A stretch of 63,912 nucleotides of DNA, the filler included, from Octopus bimaculoides (Eukaryota), in the NCBI RefSeq assembly GCF_001194135.2. It is 7 parts of 6 records of this genome, joined end to end, with 100 filler letters (N's around TTAATTAATTAA, not from the genome) between each part and the next. Parts side by side here need not be neighbours in the genome. Positions count along the whole stretch, not along the records: positions 1 to 27,480 come from NC_068988.1; 6 more parts are not named here. One strand, written 5' to 3'. This document shows, one piece after another, positions 1 to 12,069 of the stretch. A program made the position numbers and the translations under genes. The first letter of the stretch is position 1. Each line of letters opens with the position of its first letter. Below the pieces are notes generated by a model that saw only the letters and a list, made by a program, of their open reading frames with translations, did no database searches and had not been told where the DNA came from.

Positions 1-498
1 TATATCCAGGAGATGTCTTCTTGGGGGTAGAAGCTACAGTAGCAACAACCCTTAAGTGCTAGCCACGTTGCAAATATACTTCATGATGTCGCACGGCTAC
101 AGTTTTTACCTTGCTCAAAGATTTATTATTGCTTGTTTCCACTTTTTAGAGATCAGTGACTTTTCGTCACTGGAAAAAGGATATATATATTTGCATTGAA
201 AACCATTTCCCATCGCCAACCGGTGCTCGTCACTCTTCTGCGTTTTGCTGCTGTTTTTTGCTTAGTGAGTTATCTCTTTATTATTGTTGATTTAATATTA
301 ATGGTTTTTGGTGCTTGTTACATTGTTGAAAATTGAAGTTTGAACACCATTTTAACGGTATTTTCGCCCTACGGGGCAGAAAATTGCTTCCGAACCTTTG
401 TTTGTGCTCCCGTTGCTGGGAGAAAAATAATTTTTGTGAAATGTTTTTTTTTTTGGTGTTCCTGTTAGAGGGAAAAATCAATCTCTTTTTTCTCAATC

Positions 499-1240
499 GT
501 GACAAAAATGGATCAAGTTAAATTCATAATGGAAGAAGACATGTCGTCAAAATTGAACTTTCTTCTCAGAGAGATAGATTTCCCACTGTTACAGAAGAAA
601 AATCCAAAAGTCAACCAGGATGAAGCAAAGCGGTCAAGTTTCTCGGCCGCCATAGTCAGCCATTCTATTTTTTTTTTTGAAATGGAGATTTTGAAGGAAC
701 TGATATTCAAATATAGAACATTGATTAAAATGTCTGGCAACGAAACGAAACTGTTGCCATCTAAAGAAATTATTCAAAGTTTAGCAGAAAAAAACTGTTG
801 TATATAAAATATACAACAGGAAAGAGAAACGGATAGTATCGATGAAAAACGACATTGTTGAAAAATATCTCCCCCCACCACCATATGGGGAAAAATAAAA
901 TATGTCGGACGTGGTCCCAGAAATGCGACGGTGGAGGTGCAGTTTGATAATGCAGACATTGCGAAAGAAATTTCGATGCAAACATTAAAAACAGACCACA
1001 TAATGTTACTACCATCGTACCTCAGCCGGAGAACCGCAAAAATTGTAATTGGGGAGATTCCGGTCGGGTACGACGTCAATTGGATGGCGCCAGCAGTAAT
1101 ATACGACGCAGAGGAGGAGATTCATATGTTAAGTATGAAGAAAAGGGACGCGATGAACTGGAAAAGTCAGACGCTTGAGTCATTAGTTCAAGCGTCAAAC
1201 GAAACTCTTGAAGCTAGGCCCGACAGAATATTTATTGTAT
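499..1240 (+). pseudogene. Degenerate ORF1-like segment of an L1/Tx1-type non-LTR retrotransposon
   Basis: Frameshifted reading ...KYVGRGPRNATVEVQFDNADIAKEISMQTLKTDHIMLLPSYLSRRTAKIVIGEIP... resembles RRM-type ORF1 proteins of mollusc L1/Tx1 elements as I recall them; no catalytic motif to anchor the call. Confidence 0.45.
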
Positions 1241-1394
1241 AAATTACGCAAAAATGAAAATAACACTGACAGCTCATTTTAGCAGGAGTATTTACCAAAA
1301 TTACATAACAATACCTTGAAATAGTAAAGAGTAAATTTATTCAATAAAATCGCTATTTTCTTTAACGCGTCCTCCAGACGAGTTTTGTTGTTCT

Positions 1395-1972
1395 GTTGTT
1401 CAACTGCAGGGAAAACAGTTAGGTGGTCAGATGTTAGGAGTGATGTGGTGGCGGAAATTATCTGGCAGACATGACTGTATTCTCCTGCTTGTGTGGCATA
1501 GTGTAGAGTCCTGAATAAGAAATACGGTTTTCCAGCAGTCAACCTTTTGACTCAGGTCAGCACTATCGCCTCCAGGCATTTGATATAGGCCTCAGTATTG
1601 AATTTGAGGCCGTATGGGAAGATGAATGGAAGCATAATGTTGCCATCACTAGTATTCCCTCCAAACTCCATGGTGTTGACTGGTTGTCTGATTTTTGTCA
1701 CGCTCGGTACATGTCTTCAGATTGCACTGTTCTCAGATTGACACCCAAACATTCTGAAATATTCGCTTCGGTGCTGCCGGCGCGAATACCAAGCAGCACA
1801 GCATGTCGATTCCAAATGTCTGGCAGAGTGAATTTCGTCATGGTGCTACTTTTCTCACAGACAGTGCCCTACTGATCTTACTATAATGTGTAGTTGATAA
1901 ATTCCGAAAGAAACAATGCGCATGCGTGAAATAAAAAATATAAACTGGAGACGATCTATTTATCGCCCACTG
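1395..1972 (-). mobile_element. maT/DD37D (Bmmar1-like) Tc1/mariner transposon, internally deleted relic with left end
   Basis: Minus strand: TA + CAGTGGGCGATAA terminus at 1972; ATG at 1841 gives MTKFTLPDIWNRHAVLLGIRAGSTEANISECLGVNLRTVQ (HTH), joined to QPVNTMEFGGNTSDGNIMLPFIFPYGLKFNTEAYIKCLEAIVLT*VKRLTAGKP and, after a frameshift, QDSTLCHTSRRIQSCLPDNFRHHITPNI*PPN, matching the QQDSAPCH...WPPNSPD signature. Confidence 0.85.
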
Positions 1973-2428
1973 TATATATGTATATATATACATACATACA
2001 TACATACGTACATATNNNNNNNNNNNNNNNNNNNNNNNNNNNNNNNNNNNNNNNNNNNNNNNNNNNNNNNNNNNNNNNNNNNNNNNNNNNNNNNNNNNNN
2101 NNNNNNNNNNNNNNNNNNNNNNNNNNNNNNNNNNNNNNNNNNNNNNNNNNNNNNNNNNNNNNNNNNNNNNNNNNNNNNNNNNNNNGTGTGTGTGTATGTA
2201 TGTATGTATGTATTTATGTATGCATGTCTTTATGTATTTGTGTGTGTGTGTGTGTGTGTACGTGTGTCAAAAGTTAGAGGACGAGGTGTAATAATAGCAA
2301 ATGTATTAGTTTAACATTCGGGGTAAATCTTAGAAGTCTTCTTTAACGGGTCGAGGGTACGCCACTATACGTACATATGTATGTGTGTACTCTAAAGCAT
2401 TTCTTTATCTCTGTATGTATTTGTACGT

Positions 2429-2800
2429 GGATGCACAATGGCCCAGTGGTTAGGGCAGCGGACTCGCGGTCGTAGGATCACGGTTTCGATTCCCAGACTG
2501 GACGTTGTGAGTGTTTGTTGAGCGAAAACACCTAAAACTCAACGACGCTCCGACAGGGAGTGGTTGGCGAACCCTGCTGTTCTCTTTCACCACAATTTTC
2601 TCGCTCTCTTTCTTCCTGTTTCTATGGTATCTGTATTTCAAAGGGTCAGACTTTTCGCACTTGTCTCACTCTGTGTCTCGGCTGAATCTCCCCATGCACG
2701 TGTCTGTTGAATGTCAGCCACTTGCACGTTAATATCACGAGCCGGCTGTTCTGTTGACCGGATCAACTGAAACGCTCGTCGTCGTAATCGACGGTGTGCC
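2429..2800 (+). mobile_element. tRNA-derived SINE (family A)
   Basis: A box TGGCCCAGTGG (2439-2449), B box GGTTTCGATTCC (2482-2493), then a body ending ...CTCGTCGTCGTAATCGACGGTGTGCC. Confidence 0.8.
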
Positions 2801-4240
2801 TCCACGACGATGTATCTACGCGTAGAGAATAAGTAACATTAACGTTAAAATCCAGAGACGCACAGCTAACAATTATGATTAGCATATGTGTATGCATATG
2901 TATACGCATGTGTGTGTGTGTGTGAGTGGATATGTGTGCAAGTGTATGTGATTGTCTTTGTTTGCCAGTTATTGTGTTTATTTGTGCGTGTGTGCGTGCG
3001 TGTGTGTGTGCGTGTTTGTGTAACTTGACACATCTGTACAAAAAGGGATGCATTCTTCTAAGGAGGTTTACTGATAAATATATTCCATGTATCAAGAACG
3101 ACATGCTTACGATATAGTAAATTGCATTCAGGAAAACATTGTTTGTCATCTACTGTTAAGAAATGTGAATGTCATGATATATTGCACTAGGTTAGATAAA
3201 ACTGTCTCAAAAGGTCACTATCGAAAAGTATACGATTTAGGCAAAGGAAAACGAAATGTCAATTGGGAAACCTAGATACGATATGAATTTTATCGTATTA
3301 TTGACTGTTTTGTGTATATTGAATATGCTTATGACTGAAGTGGGATTATGTTGAAAAATATACTTTCTTTTGCATAGGAGAATACCTCAAATGATACGAG
3401 ATTCTACAGATAGTAATATTAAAATGCATTACTATCACGAACAATGTCGAAAAATGAAAAACACCAATACACAATACACATCATTCATTTTAAAACAGGA
3501 AGCCAATGTAGTGAAGGATGGTACACTGTTATAGAAAAAATATTGGTGTATGTAGATATTTTTCACTACGTTTCTGTGAAATAACACTCTCACTTCCTCA
3601 ACAGATACACAAATACAGACAGAAAAACATATTGTATACCGTAGATATATGACGCTTTGGACACAACTGTATTTCGTATATTGTTGTTTAAAAATACGTT
3701 CCTCGTATGACAATCTGATGAATTTAACTCTGCTAGTAGCAACTGCATATGGTATAAGCACATGTAATTTTTAATACAGCAGATGTGATTAAAATATACT
3801 TTTGCTCATGACAGCACTGAAAACAAATTTTACTTCGTGTACCCTCACTTGTCTGCAGGTAATCTATGAAATGATTCTGAAATTTTTACATAAGACGATA
3901 AGAAACTCGTATGTAATATAAAGTAAACATGAAACAGTATTTTTCCTCGTAGAGCGGAGGCGTTGTTTATGTACGGAATATTATATCAAACATTCAGTGC
4001 AAATGTATTGGATTCAATAACTGAAAATGCAATTTATGCTTAAATTTATTCCTAGATATATATATATTTTATAACGAATCGTTGTTTATTGCATTTGACT
4101 TTCTAGTTTTGGTTGTTTGAAAGTGACCACAAAATTGAAAAAATGTGTAATCGATGAGGATTATTGTAATAGTAAGAGCCCCTACACTTTGATTGAAATG
4201 ATTCTTAGAAAAAGTTATGTCAATATTTAATATAATTTAA

Positions 4241-4450
4241 GGAGGCGAACTGGCAGAATAGCGAGTACTGGGGGCGAAATGTTTAGCGGCATTTCTTCAT
4301 CTTAACGTTCTAAGTTCAAATTCCATCGAGGCCGACTTTGTCTTTCATCTCTTTTCGTAGTCGAAGAAATAGGTAACAGTTGAGAACTGGCGTTTATGTA
4401 ATGGACTTACGGCCACCCACGAAATTACTGGTCTTGTGACACAATTTAAA
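4241..4450 (+). mobile_element. tRNA-derived SINE (family B)
   Basis: GGAGGCGAACTGGCAGAA head, GTTCAAATTCC B box, GGCCGACTTTGTCTTTCATC central block shared with six other copies in the window. Confidence 0.8.
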
Positions 4451-4454
4451 CCAC

Positions 4455-4598
4455 AGGTGCGGCTGTGCGGTGAGAGGATTGGGTTTTGTTCCCCTACAAG
4501 CTAGCTTCGGCAAATATCATCAAATAAAGCCTCAGGCCGACCTAAGACTTATGAGTGGATTTGGCCGACGGAAACTAAAAGAAGCTCGTTATATATAT

Positions 4599-4664
<66 letters not shown>

Positions 4665-4985
4665 NNNNNNNNNNNNNNNNNNNNNNNNNNNNNNNNNNNN
4701 NNNNNNNNNNNNNNNNNNNNNNNNNNNNNNNNNNNNNNTATATATACATGTGTGTGTGTGTGTTTGTGTGTGTGCGTGTGTGTTTGTTCCCTCGCCATCG
4801 TCAACAGATGCTGGTGTGTTTATGTCCATGTTACGTAGCGGTTCCGTAAAAGGGATGATAGAATAAGTACTAGGTTAACAACGAAAATATCCAGGCATCG
4901 ATGTCTTCTACTAAAACCCGTTAAGGTGTTGCTCCAGCATGGCCGCAGTGAAATGGCTGAAGCAAGTAAAAGAATAAAAGAATAA
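4455..4985 (+). mobile_element. SINE family C with an internal (TA/CA/TG)n microsatellite spanning a gap
   Basis: Head ...GGCCGACCTAAGACTTATGAGTGGATTTGGCCGACGGAAACT, internal microsatellite and N gap, then a 3' body ending GTTGCTCCAGCATGGCCGCAGTGAAATGGCTGAAGCAAGTAAAAGAATAAAAGAATA; this tail recurs at least five more times in the window. Confidence 0.75.
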
Positions 4986-5009
4986 ATAATAAATATTTAT
5001 TTATTTTAA

Positions 5010-5135
5010 GGCGGTGAGATGGCAGAACCGTGAGCACACCGTACAAAAGTCTTAGTGGCATGTTGTCTTTCGTCAAATTCCGTCAAGTCGAATTTTCCTT
5101 TCAGCCTTTCGGATGGATATAATTGACTGTGGTTG
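5010..5135 (+). mobile_element. SINE family B, partial
   Basis: GGCGGTGAGATGGCAGAA head and CAAATTCCGTCAAGTCGAATTTTCCTTTCAGCCTTTCGG central block. Confidence 0.7.
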
Positions 5136-5224
5136 TTACGCCCTCCTCCTAAAACTTGTTGACTTTCTGAAAAAAATTGAATTCATCATCATTATCACCA
5201 TCATCATCATTATTATTGTTCCCT

Positions 5225-5705
5225 TTGCACAGCTTCTAACGCTGGAGATGTACTACAGTGTCAGCTGTTCGCTACAAGTGAACTAAGGAAACACCTCTTA
5301 TTTTTCGAGCACCTTCCAGAGTATTCGAGCGGTTTCAAGCAGAGCTGTTTTCTGTAAGTACTCCACCCTTATTGCAGCTCCTATTTGTTCCACGCACCTG
5401 TCGACATTTTTGCTCACTGTTCCCAGGGCTCCGACAATTATTCGTACTACTCCTAACTTTTTCATCGACCACAACTGCTTAACTTCACTGGCTAACCTGT
5501 CATATCTATCGACTTGTCTTTCTTCCTTATTGCATACCTTGTTGTCAGCAAGGCATGCTATATCTATGATCCAGCATAGTTTGTATATTTCTCAATTAAG
5601 ACTATGTCCGGCTTCCTAGTTTCTATCACTTGGTCGCACTGAATCATGAAATCCGATAGGATTTTGCATTTCCATTGTCGACGATGCCTTTAGGTTTGTG
5701 GTCGT
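5225..5705 (-). mobile_element. R4/Dong-like non-LTR retrotransposon 3' end (restriction-like endonuclease domain)
   Basis: Minus translation with frameshifts: YDHKPKGIVDNGNAKILSDFMIQCDQVIETRKPDIVLIEK...IIDIACLADNKVC...RLASEVKQLWSMKK...IIVGALGTVSKNV...LQKTALLETARILWKVLEK*; has the RKPD and ID motifs of an REL domain; AAT/GAT tail. Confidence 0.85.
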
Positions 5706-5861
5706 AACAATCTTTTTTGTTTTTAATTTGTTTTTGACAGAGCAAAAACTTATTATTATCATTATTTTTGTTGTTGTTGTTATTACTATTTATATTATTA
5801 TCATTGTACATTAAACGATCAATTATCTAGTATTATTATTTTCGTTATTATTATTGTAAAA

Positions 5862-6062
5862 GGCGGCGAGCTGGCAGGATGGTTAGCACGCCGGGCGAAA
5901 CGCTTAGCGGTATTCTGTCTGTCTTCAGGTTCCGCCGGGGTCGAATTTGCCTCACATCCTTTCGGGGTCGATAAATTATGTACCAGTTACGCACTGGAGT
6001 CGCTGTAATCGTCTGGTGCCCTCCCAGAAAATTTCAGGCCTTTTGCCTATAGTAGAAAGGCT
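5862..6062 (+). mobile_element. SINE family B
   Basis: GGCGGCGAGCTGGCAGGATGG head, GGGTCGAATTTGCCTCACATCCTTTCGGGGTCGATAAATTATGTACCAGTT centre, AGTAGAAAGG tail. Confidence 0.85.
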
Positions 6063-6789
6063 TATTATTACAACTGTACATAATCCATTACACAATCATT
6101 TACCTAGTACCTTTGTCATCATTAGTCTTGGTGACAGCATATCTTTTCAAATAAAACATGTCTATTTACTCGAGGTCAGCATTACATATTTTCAATGCAA
6201 ACATCATTTATTCTCTTGGCAATATTATATAATATTCTACAATGTCTCCATCCATTTGGATAGTTTCTGATATTTCTGAATTATCTCAACAGAGTTTTTA
6301 GTAATTCTAGAACTACATAGTTCCAGAATCGCTTTTGTAACTGTGTTTTTTGTATCTGTCCTCCGCAGTCTTATCTGATTTCATTTTCCCCCATCAAACC
6401 CTGAAATCATAATATCACAAGTCTGATTATAACTCGAATTCATACCAGATGTCGGTCATTGCAGGTCTACATTTATCATTCCAATTCACTCATTTACCGG
6501 CACAGTGATGTCTGCCTTTGTATACCTTTCTTTTCTAATATACTTGCTACAATCACCGACTTTAACCAAACATTCTAAACTTCATACCTGAGTTTTTTCA
6601 ATTTTTTTTATCCACCCCTTTCATGCAATTCATTGTACATTATAAGTAGCTGGAATTAGCAATTACTCTTTCCTATTTATCTCACTTTCAACATCAACAA
6701 TTTGTATAATGATATTTTTTGCATATTTCTTTTCTTTGTAATTATCTTCGAGGATATGTTTTTTATAATTTCAGTGATTTCGTTATTTC

Positions 6790-7020
6790 TAGCCGCTTGA
6801 AATATTGGTTTCAAATTTTGGTACAAGGCTAGCAACTTTAGTAGAGGGGTACGTCGATTACATCAACCCCAGGTTTAAACTGGTACTTATTTTCATGAAA
6901 CCTAAAAGATTGAAGGCAAAGTCGACGACGGCGGAATTGGAACTCAAAAGATAAAAACGGACGAAATTCAGTTAAACGTTTCGCCCATCATGCTAACGAA
7001 TCTGACAGCTCACCCTCTTA
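6790..7020 (-). mobile_element. SINE family B
   Basis: Reverse complement of the family B head, B box and GTCGACTTTGCCTTCAATC...AAATAAGTACCAGTT centre. Confidence 0.75.
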
Positions 7021-7348
7021 GCCACAGAAAATATTATGCATTCATGTATTCGCATGCACACTTGCAAATACATACACTCGCACAAACACTCATGTATAAG
7101 CGCCCCCCCCCCACACAGACACACTCACACACCACACACAAACACAAACACACACACATACACGCATGGACTAGCACTCACACACATATAAACATACTAT
7201 GCCAATTATAAAATATCTATTACGTATGCAATCAGTAAAAATGCTATTGATTGTATTCAGCATTTGGTACTGTTTACTATGCCCCAAATTCAGCACCTAA
7301 TATGAAGAAAGTGTTGTAGATATATGCATATAAAATATGCATATGTGT

Positions 7349-7874
7349 ACCTACATGTATCAAAAATTTCCGGGACTAGTTCTGTAGCACGCCAACAAAT
7401 CGCAGCACACTGTTGCATGTTCAATTACAGGTAGCAGTGTCCTTTATGAGATGTAACATTTGTGTTTTGGGGATTACTTGTAGGTAGTAGTTTGCGATTT
7501 TGTAATGGACAGGAAGAAAGAGACAATGTGAAATTTTGCGTTAAAATTGGCAAGTCTGCTACATAGACATCGAATATGCTGCAGCAAGCTTACAGCAACG
7601 AGACAATGGGTCGTACACAATGTTTCGAGTGGCATGGGTGCTCCCAAACCGAAAGAACGTCCCTGGAAGACTATGAGCCATTTTAACATCGTTGTCGGAA
7701 ACCAGAGTGACTCACAGACTGTCCTTGTCTCGCTTACAGAAAGCGACTTCCATGCCAGATTCCAAAAGTGGTAGGAACCGGTGACTATTTCGAATATGAT
7801 GATTTTAAAACTTAGGTAAATATATTATCTTTTATCAAACAGAACTAGTCCGGGAACCTTTTCATATTACCTGA
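7349..7874 (+). mobile_element. Mariner internal-deletion derivative with both TIRs
   Basis: Left end ATCAAAAATTTCCGGGACTAGTTCTGT vs reverse complement of right end ATGAAAAGGTTCCCGGACTAGTTCTGT; interior encodes the mariner HTH (VKFCVKIGKSAT*TSNMLQQAYSNETMGRTQCFEWHG) but no catalytic domain. Confidence 0.8.
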
Positions 7875-7875
7875 T

Positions 7876-7918
<43 letters not shown>

Positions 7919-9746
7919 TGCCTGAGTGAGTGTGAGTGAGTGTGTATGTGTGTGTGAGTGTGTGTATATGTGTGTGCGTGCGTGCGCGTGCGCGCGCACA
8001 TATATGTATATTACAGTCAGAAAATTTCTGTCTAAGGTTTGATAGAATATAGTATTGCTGTTATAAAATTCTGTTTCATGCAGCCTTACATGCAGTAAAA
8101 CTATTATGGAATCATTTCTGCAACATGATCCAGGCAGTTCACTTTCTATCCATTCGAAGCACTTCGTCTTCCTTCTCCAAGAATTTCCCGAAGATATCGC
8201 AACTTCCTAATCTACACATACACACGCAAACAGGCGCACACGCACATATACATACATACATACATACGTACGTACATACATTCATACAGACATACAGACA
8301 GACAAAAACAGACATATACAGACACACATACATACATATGCACACCAACTCAGTACACATACAAGCATACATTTAATTATGCGTGTATGTATGAATGCAT
8401 GCATGTATGCATACGTATGTATGCGTGCGTTTTATAAATCATATTTTAATTTACAAAAGAAACGTCTATAACATGAACTATATCAATGACAAAGAAAACT
8501 TTATTGTCTAGAATTAATCATAAGACACATTACATATTTTCATGGCAACTGCGACTTCTATATTATATATCCTTTGACAAATATATCGCTTTTGAAATAT
8601 CTAATATCTAATTTCATGTCTTGTATCACATATAGTACACTATCCTTGTATAAATAATATTTAGGTTATTTTCCGGAACAATTCATATTTTTTTGTTTTT
8701 TTTTGTTTTTAGAACTCTGACACGAATATCATTAAAATCAATTCTCCTAAGGTACTCAAATCTAAAGTAAAATCGCTACAATTTATATGCCAAATATTGG
8801 GATACTCATATTTCAAAATGTTTTTCCTTCCCTTCCTGGAACAATATATGCGCTCTGAACACATAACCAACAGAAACTAAGTATAAACCGAGATTTAACT
8901 GATAATTATGCTACATGTATTTACATTGTATTCTTAAAATCTATATTAAAAACAAATTAAGGATGACAAGAATAACTCTAGGTTGTTTTCAAATATTTCT
9001 TCTTGTAACATAAATATTTTATTATGCAACACTTCTAAATGATTCAGCACTTATGAAAGAGTCAGTTAGAACAGATCGTTAAAGTGAGCGCTGAATCCTC
9101 TTTGTATTGACAATATTTTTGTTACAGTGTAACTTCCAAGTCTGAATTTTGAACGGTGCGGCGAAATATCTAAAATCATAATTGTGTCGAAATCCATTTT
9201 AAGAAACTTTAATGTATTAATGAAACAGATTTATAACCCAAACCCTTACTATCACGAATATTTCAGAAATTTTAAGAAGAAATTATGTCTATGGAAGCAT
9301 GACTATTTAATACAATCTATTTCATAAGATGCTCTAACGAAGTTTATGAGACAGTTCTCAGGCTTACTACCTTGACGAAACACTATACACGAACTATGGA
9401 TACGTAGGGTGAGAATTATTGTTCATCTTAATAAATCCTGTATGTATTTGGAACAATAGATATGGACCACGTGTTCATGTCCTCTAAGTATGAAGACGCA
9501 CACATTTTACATTAGGATATAAATGGTCATAACTAACTGCATGATGAGACTTTATGTCATTCTGCAGACTCACAATTTACACCTTAATTTATGTTCACAT
9601 AACGTCACAATAAATGTTGGTCATGTTTTATCTCCTATAATCCATTAAGTAAATAAATAATTGCGTTAATAATATTTACGCAACATCTAAGCGAGGTCAT
9701 TCAGATAACGTAATATATTCTTTGTTTAAAGAGTGTATATATGTGT

Positions 9747-9778
<32 letters not shown>

Positions 9779-9849
9779 ATCTATGCATGCATACAAACCT
9801 ATACACACACACATGCATATACAAGAGCAAGTCAAAATTTATAAGCACC

Positions 9850-10020
9850 CTTTTCAAATTTTGGCACAAGTCCAGCAATTTCGGGAAAGAGAGTAAGTCG
9901 TTTACATCGACCTAGTGCTGTGCTCAACTGATACTTATTTTATCAGTCCCGACAAAGATGATAAGCAAAATAGTTGACGGTGGAATTTGAACTCAGAACG
10001 CGAAAACGAACAGAACACCA
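9850..10020 (-). mobile_element. SINE family B, degenerate
   Basis: Minus strand GTTCTGAGTTCAAATTCCACCGTCAAC...AATAAGTATCAGTT. Confidence 0.65.
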
Positions 10021-10040
10021 GATAATTTTTCACACACTAT

Positions 10041-10720
10041 TCATGCTTTTCGACACATTTTCCAGCGATTCACATATGTACTTATTTCATTGTAGAAAAT
10101 GGTTTCATGGCTGGTCACCCATTTCTGCGCTTCTTCTTCGATAGCAAATCGGCAACGTCGTAAACGATGTTTCAGCCGCCAAAACCGGTAAGAGTCGGAA
10201 GGGGTGAGATTTGGAATGTATGTAGGGTGTTCTATCACATCGAAACCCAGTTTGTCAATGGTTTCAACGGCTTTGGTGCCCGTATGTTGAGGTAAATTGT
10301 CATGCAAAAATAACATTTCCTTTGAGAATATACTTCGGCATTTGGTGTGAATACCTGATTTTAGCTTTGTGGCCAGCATATGCATGCAGCGTACACTGAT
10401 GACTGTAGATCCCCTTTCCAGTGAGAATAACGGTAACTTATTTCCTGCAGAAGTCTTGAATCTTTTTTTTACGCTAGCGATTCCAGATGTTTCCTATCTA
10501 TACACTGCCTTCTTCATCCTGGTACAAAGTGATGGACTCAGATCTCATCTCCATTTAATCTCCTCTCCAAAACAGCCTTCACATTTATCGTTGTAGTGGT
10601 CGCGTAAGCGTTAACCAATCTCTACAAGATTGTGAATAATAGCTTCAATAGACATTCTTGACAACAATCTAGTAGGCAAGTTACGGAAGCGAAGGGTGTC
10701 GTGGATGTTTTTATATGCAG
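10041..10720 (-). mobile_element. Mariner (DD34D) transposase relic
   Basis: ORF 10041-10385: LFLHDNLPQHT...IEHPTYIPNLTPSDSYRF, a decayed form of LHDNARPH...HPPYSPDLAPSDY; N-terminal part degenerate upstream. Confidence 0.85.
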
Positions 10721-11452
10721 AATGTATTCTGATTCTGCTACAGTTTGAGTACTGAGAATGCATAAGGAGAAATATGTTTGTGAGTTATTAACATCACGCC
10801 CTGAAAGGATGAAAAAAATGAGAGGGGAATTTCATCGTGTTTAACAAAACTCTTCGATTAAATATTCTTCTTTTTCCCTTCCTTTTTGCCCGTAGTGAAA
10901 TTGAAACTTGAATACTGATGATGTCATTCTGTCAACGTGGGAACGCAGGTTGCCATCGTTTAAATTTTTGAGTTTGACGTTTTATAATTTTGAAGTACAA
11001 AGACTCTCTAAGAAAGTGGCAGTGCGTATTCACTGGGATTTCATTTATGTCTAATAGGGGTGTTTGACTAAATTTCGTCGCTCTCGCCATTCTTCGTACC
11101 TTCACGAGATATTATATATAGTTTCTCTTGCAGCATCGGCATTTCTTGGATGTTAATGACTCTAGTCAATTCTCGGTATTACCTTTCATACGAAACTTCG
11201 GTAACTAAAAATGTCCTACACCACGTATTTAATTAAGAGACATATTTCCAATTGTTACATAAGAACGTAACGTTCCGTGAGAGATGTAACGTACCGTGAG
11301 ACGAGCTGAACTTGCCAGCAAGTAAGTTTAAACAGATATTATAGCTAACTTTCCAAACTATTCACATTAAATGAGCTATACTACTTTTGACGGTTGTCAT
11401 GGTTTTATTACTAGTATGTAATGTGTTTGGGTGTAATTATATGTTAAAACAT

Positions 11453-11508
<56 letters not shown>

Positions 11509-11971
11509 GTGTATATGCGCACATACATACCACATATACATACGTAGACATATATACATACACATCTATAAATATATGTATATATACATCAACATATATA
11601 TATATATTTACATACGTATACATATATGAAAGAAAATAACGATGGTAGGTTGCGTACCGTCGATTATTCTTTCACCCTCTTTGATATATGTGTTTTGCTA
11701 ATAATAGTAGTGTTGGTGATGGCAATAATGCCACCCTGAAGAGATGGAGTATCCGGCAATTTATAATTTGTAATTTGTAATATGTTATAATATGTTATAA
11801 TATTTTATGAGACATTTTATAATGTGGTTTATTTATCCTGGATACTCTATTGAAATGTGCATAGGTTTGGCTTATTGTTGTTGTTTCTGCTATTANNNNN
11901 NNNNNGTGAGGTTTTTGCTAAGACTGTTAACAGATACTATATATCTTATAAAATCTTGTTTTATAAAAATA

Positions 11972-12021
<50 letters not shown>

Positions 12022-12069
12022 TAATCATGATCAGAAGCAAAGGCTTTAGCTTCAGAATATTAAGTATCT

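Noticed and set aside
2429-2500. Functional tRNA gene
   Set aside because: Has A and B boxes but no complete cloverleaf, and continues into a SINE body.
3800-3864. Possible upstream GPCR exon ending ...FYFVYPHLSA G|GTAAT
   Set aside because: Spacing does not match HLxxAD, there is no TM1 Gly-Asn segment, and an in-frame stop lies shortly upstream.
6230-6720. Additional decayed LINE fragment on the minus strand
   Set aside because: Only vague resemblance; no motif could be read with confidence.
11700-11765. Third hammerhead candidate CTGAAGA-GAT-ggagt-ATC
   Set aside because: No GAAA, stem III or cleavage triplet follows; at best a heavily decayed relic.
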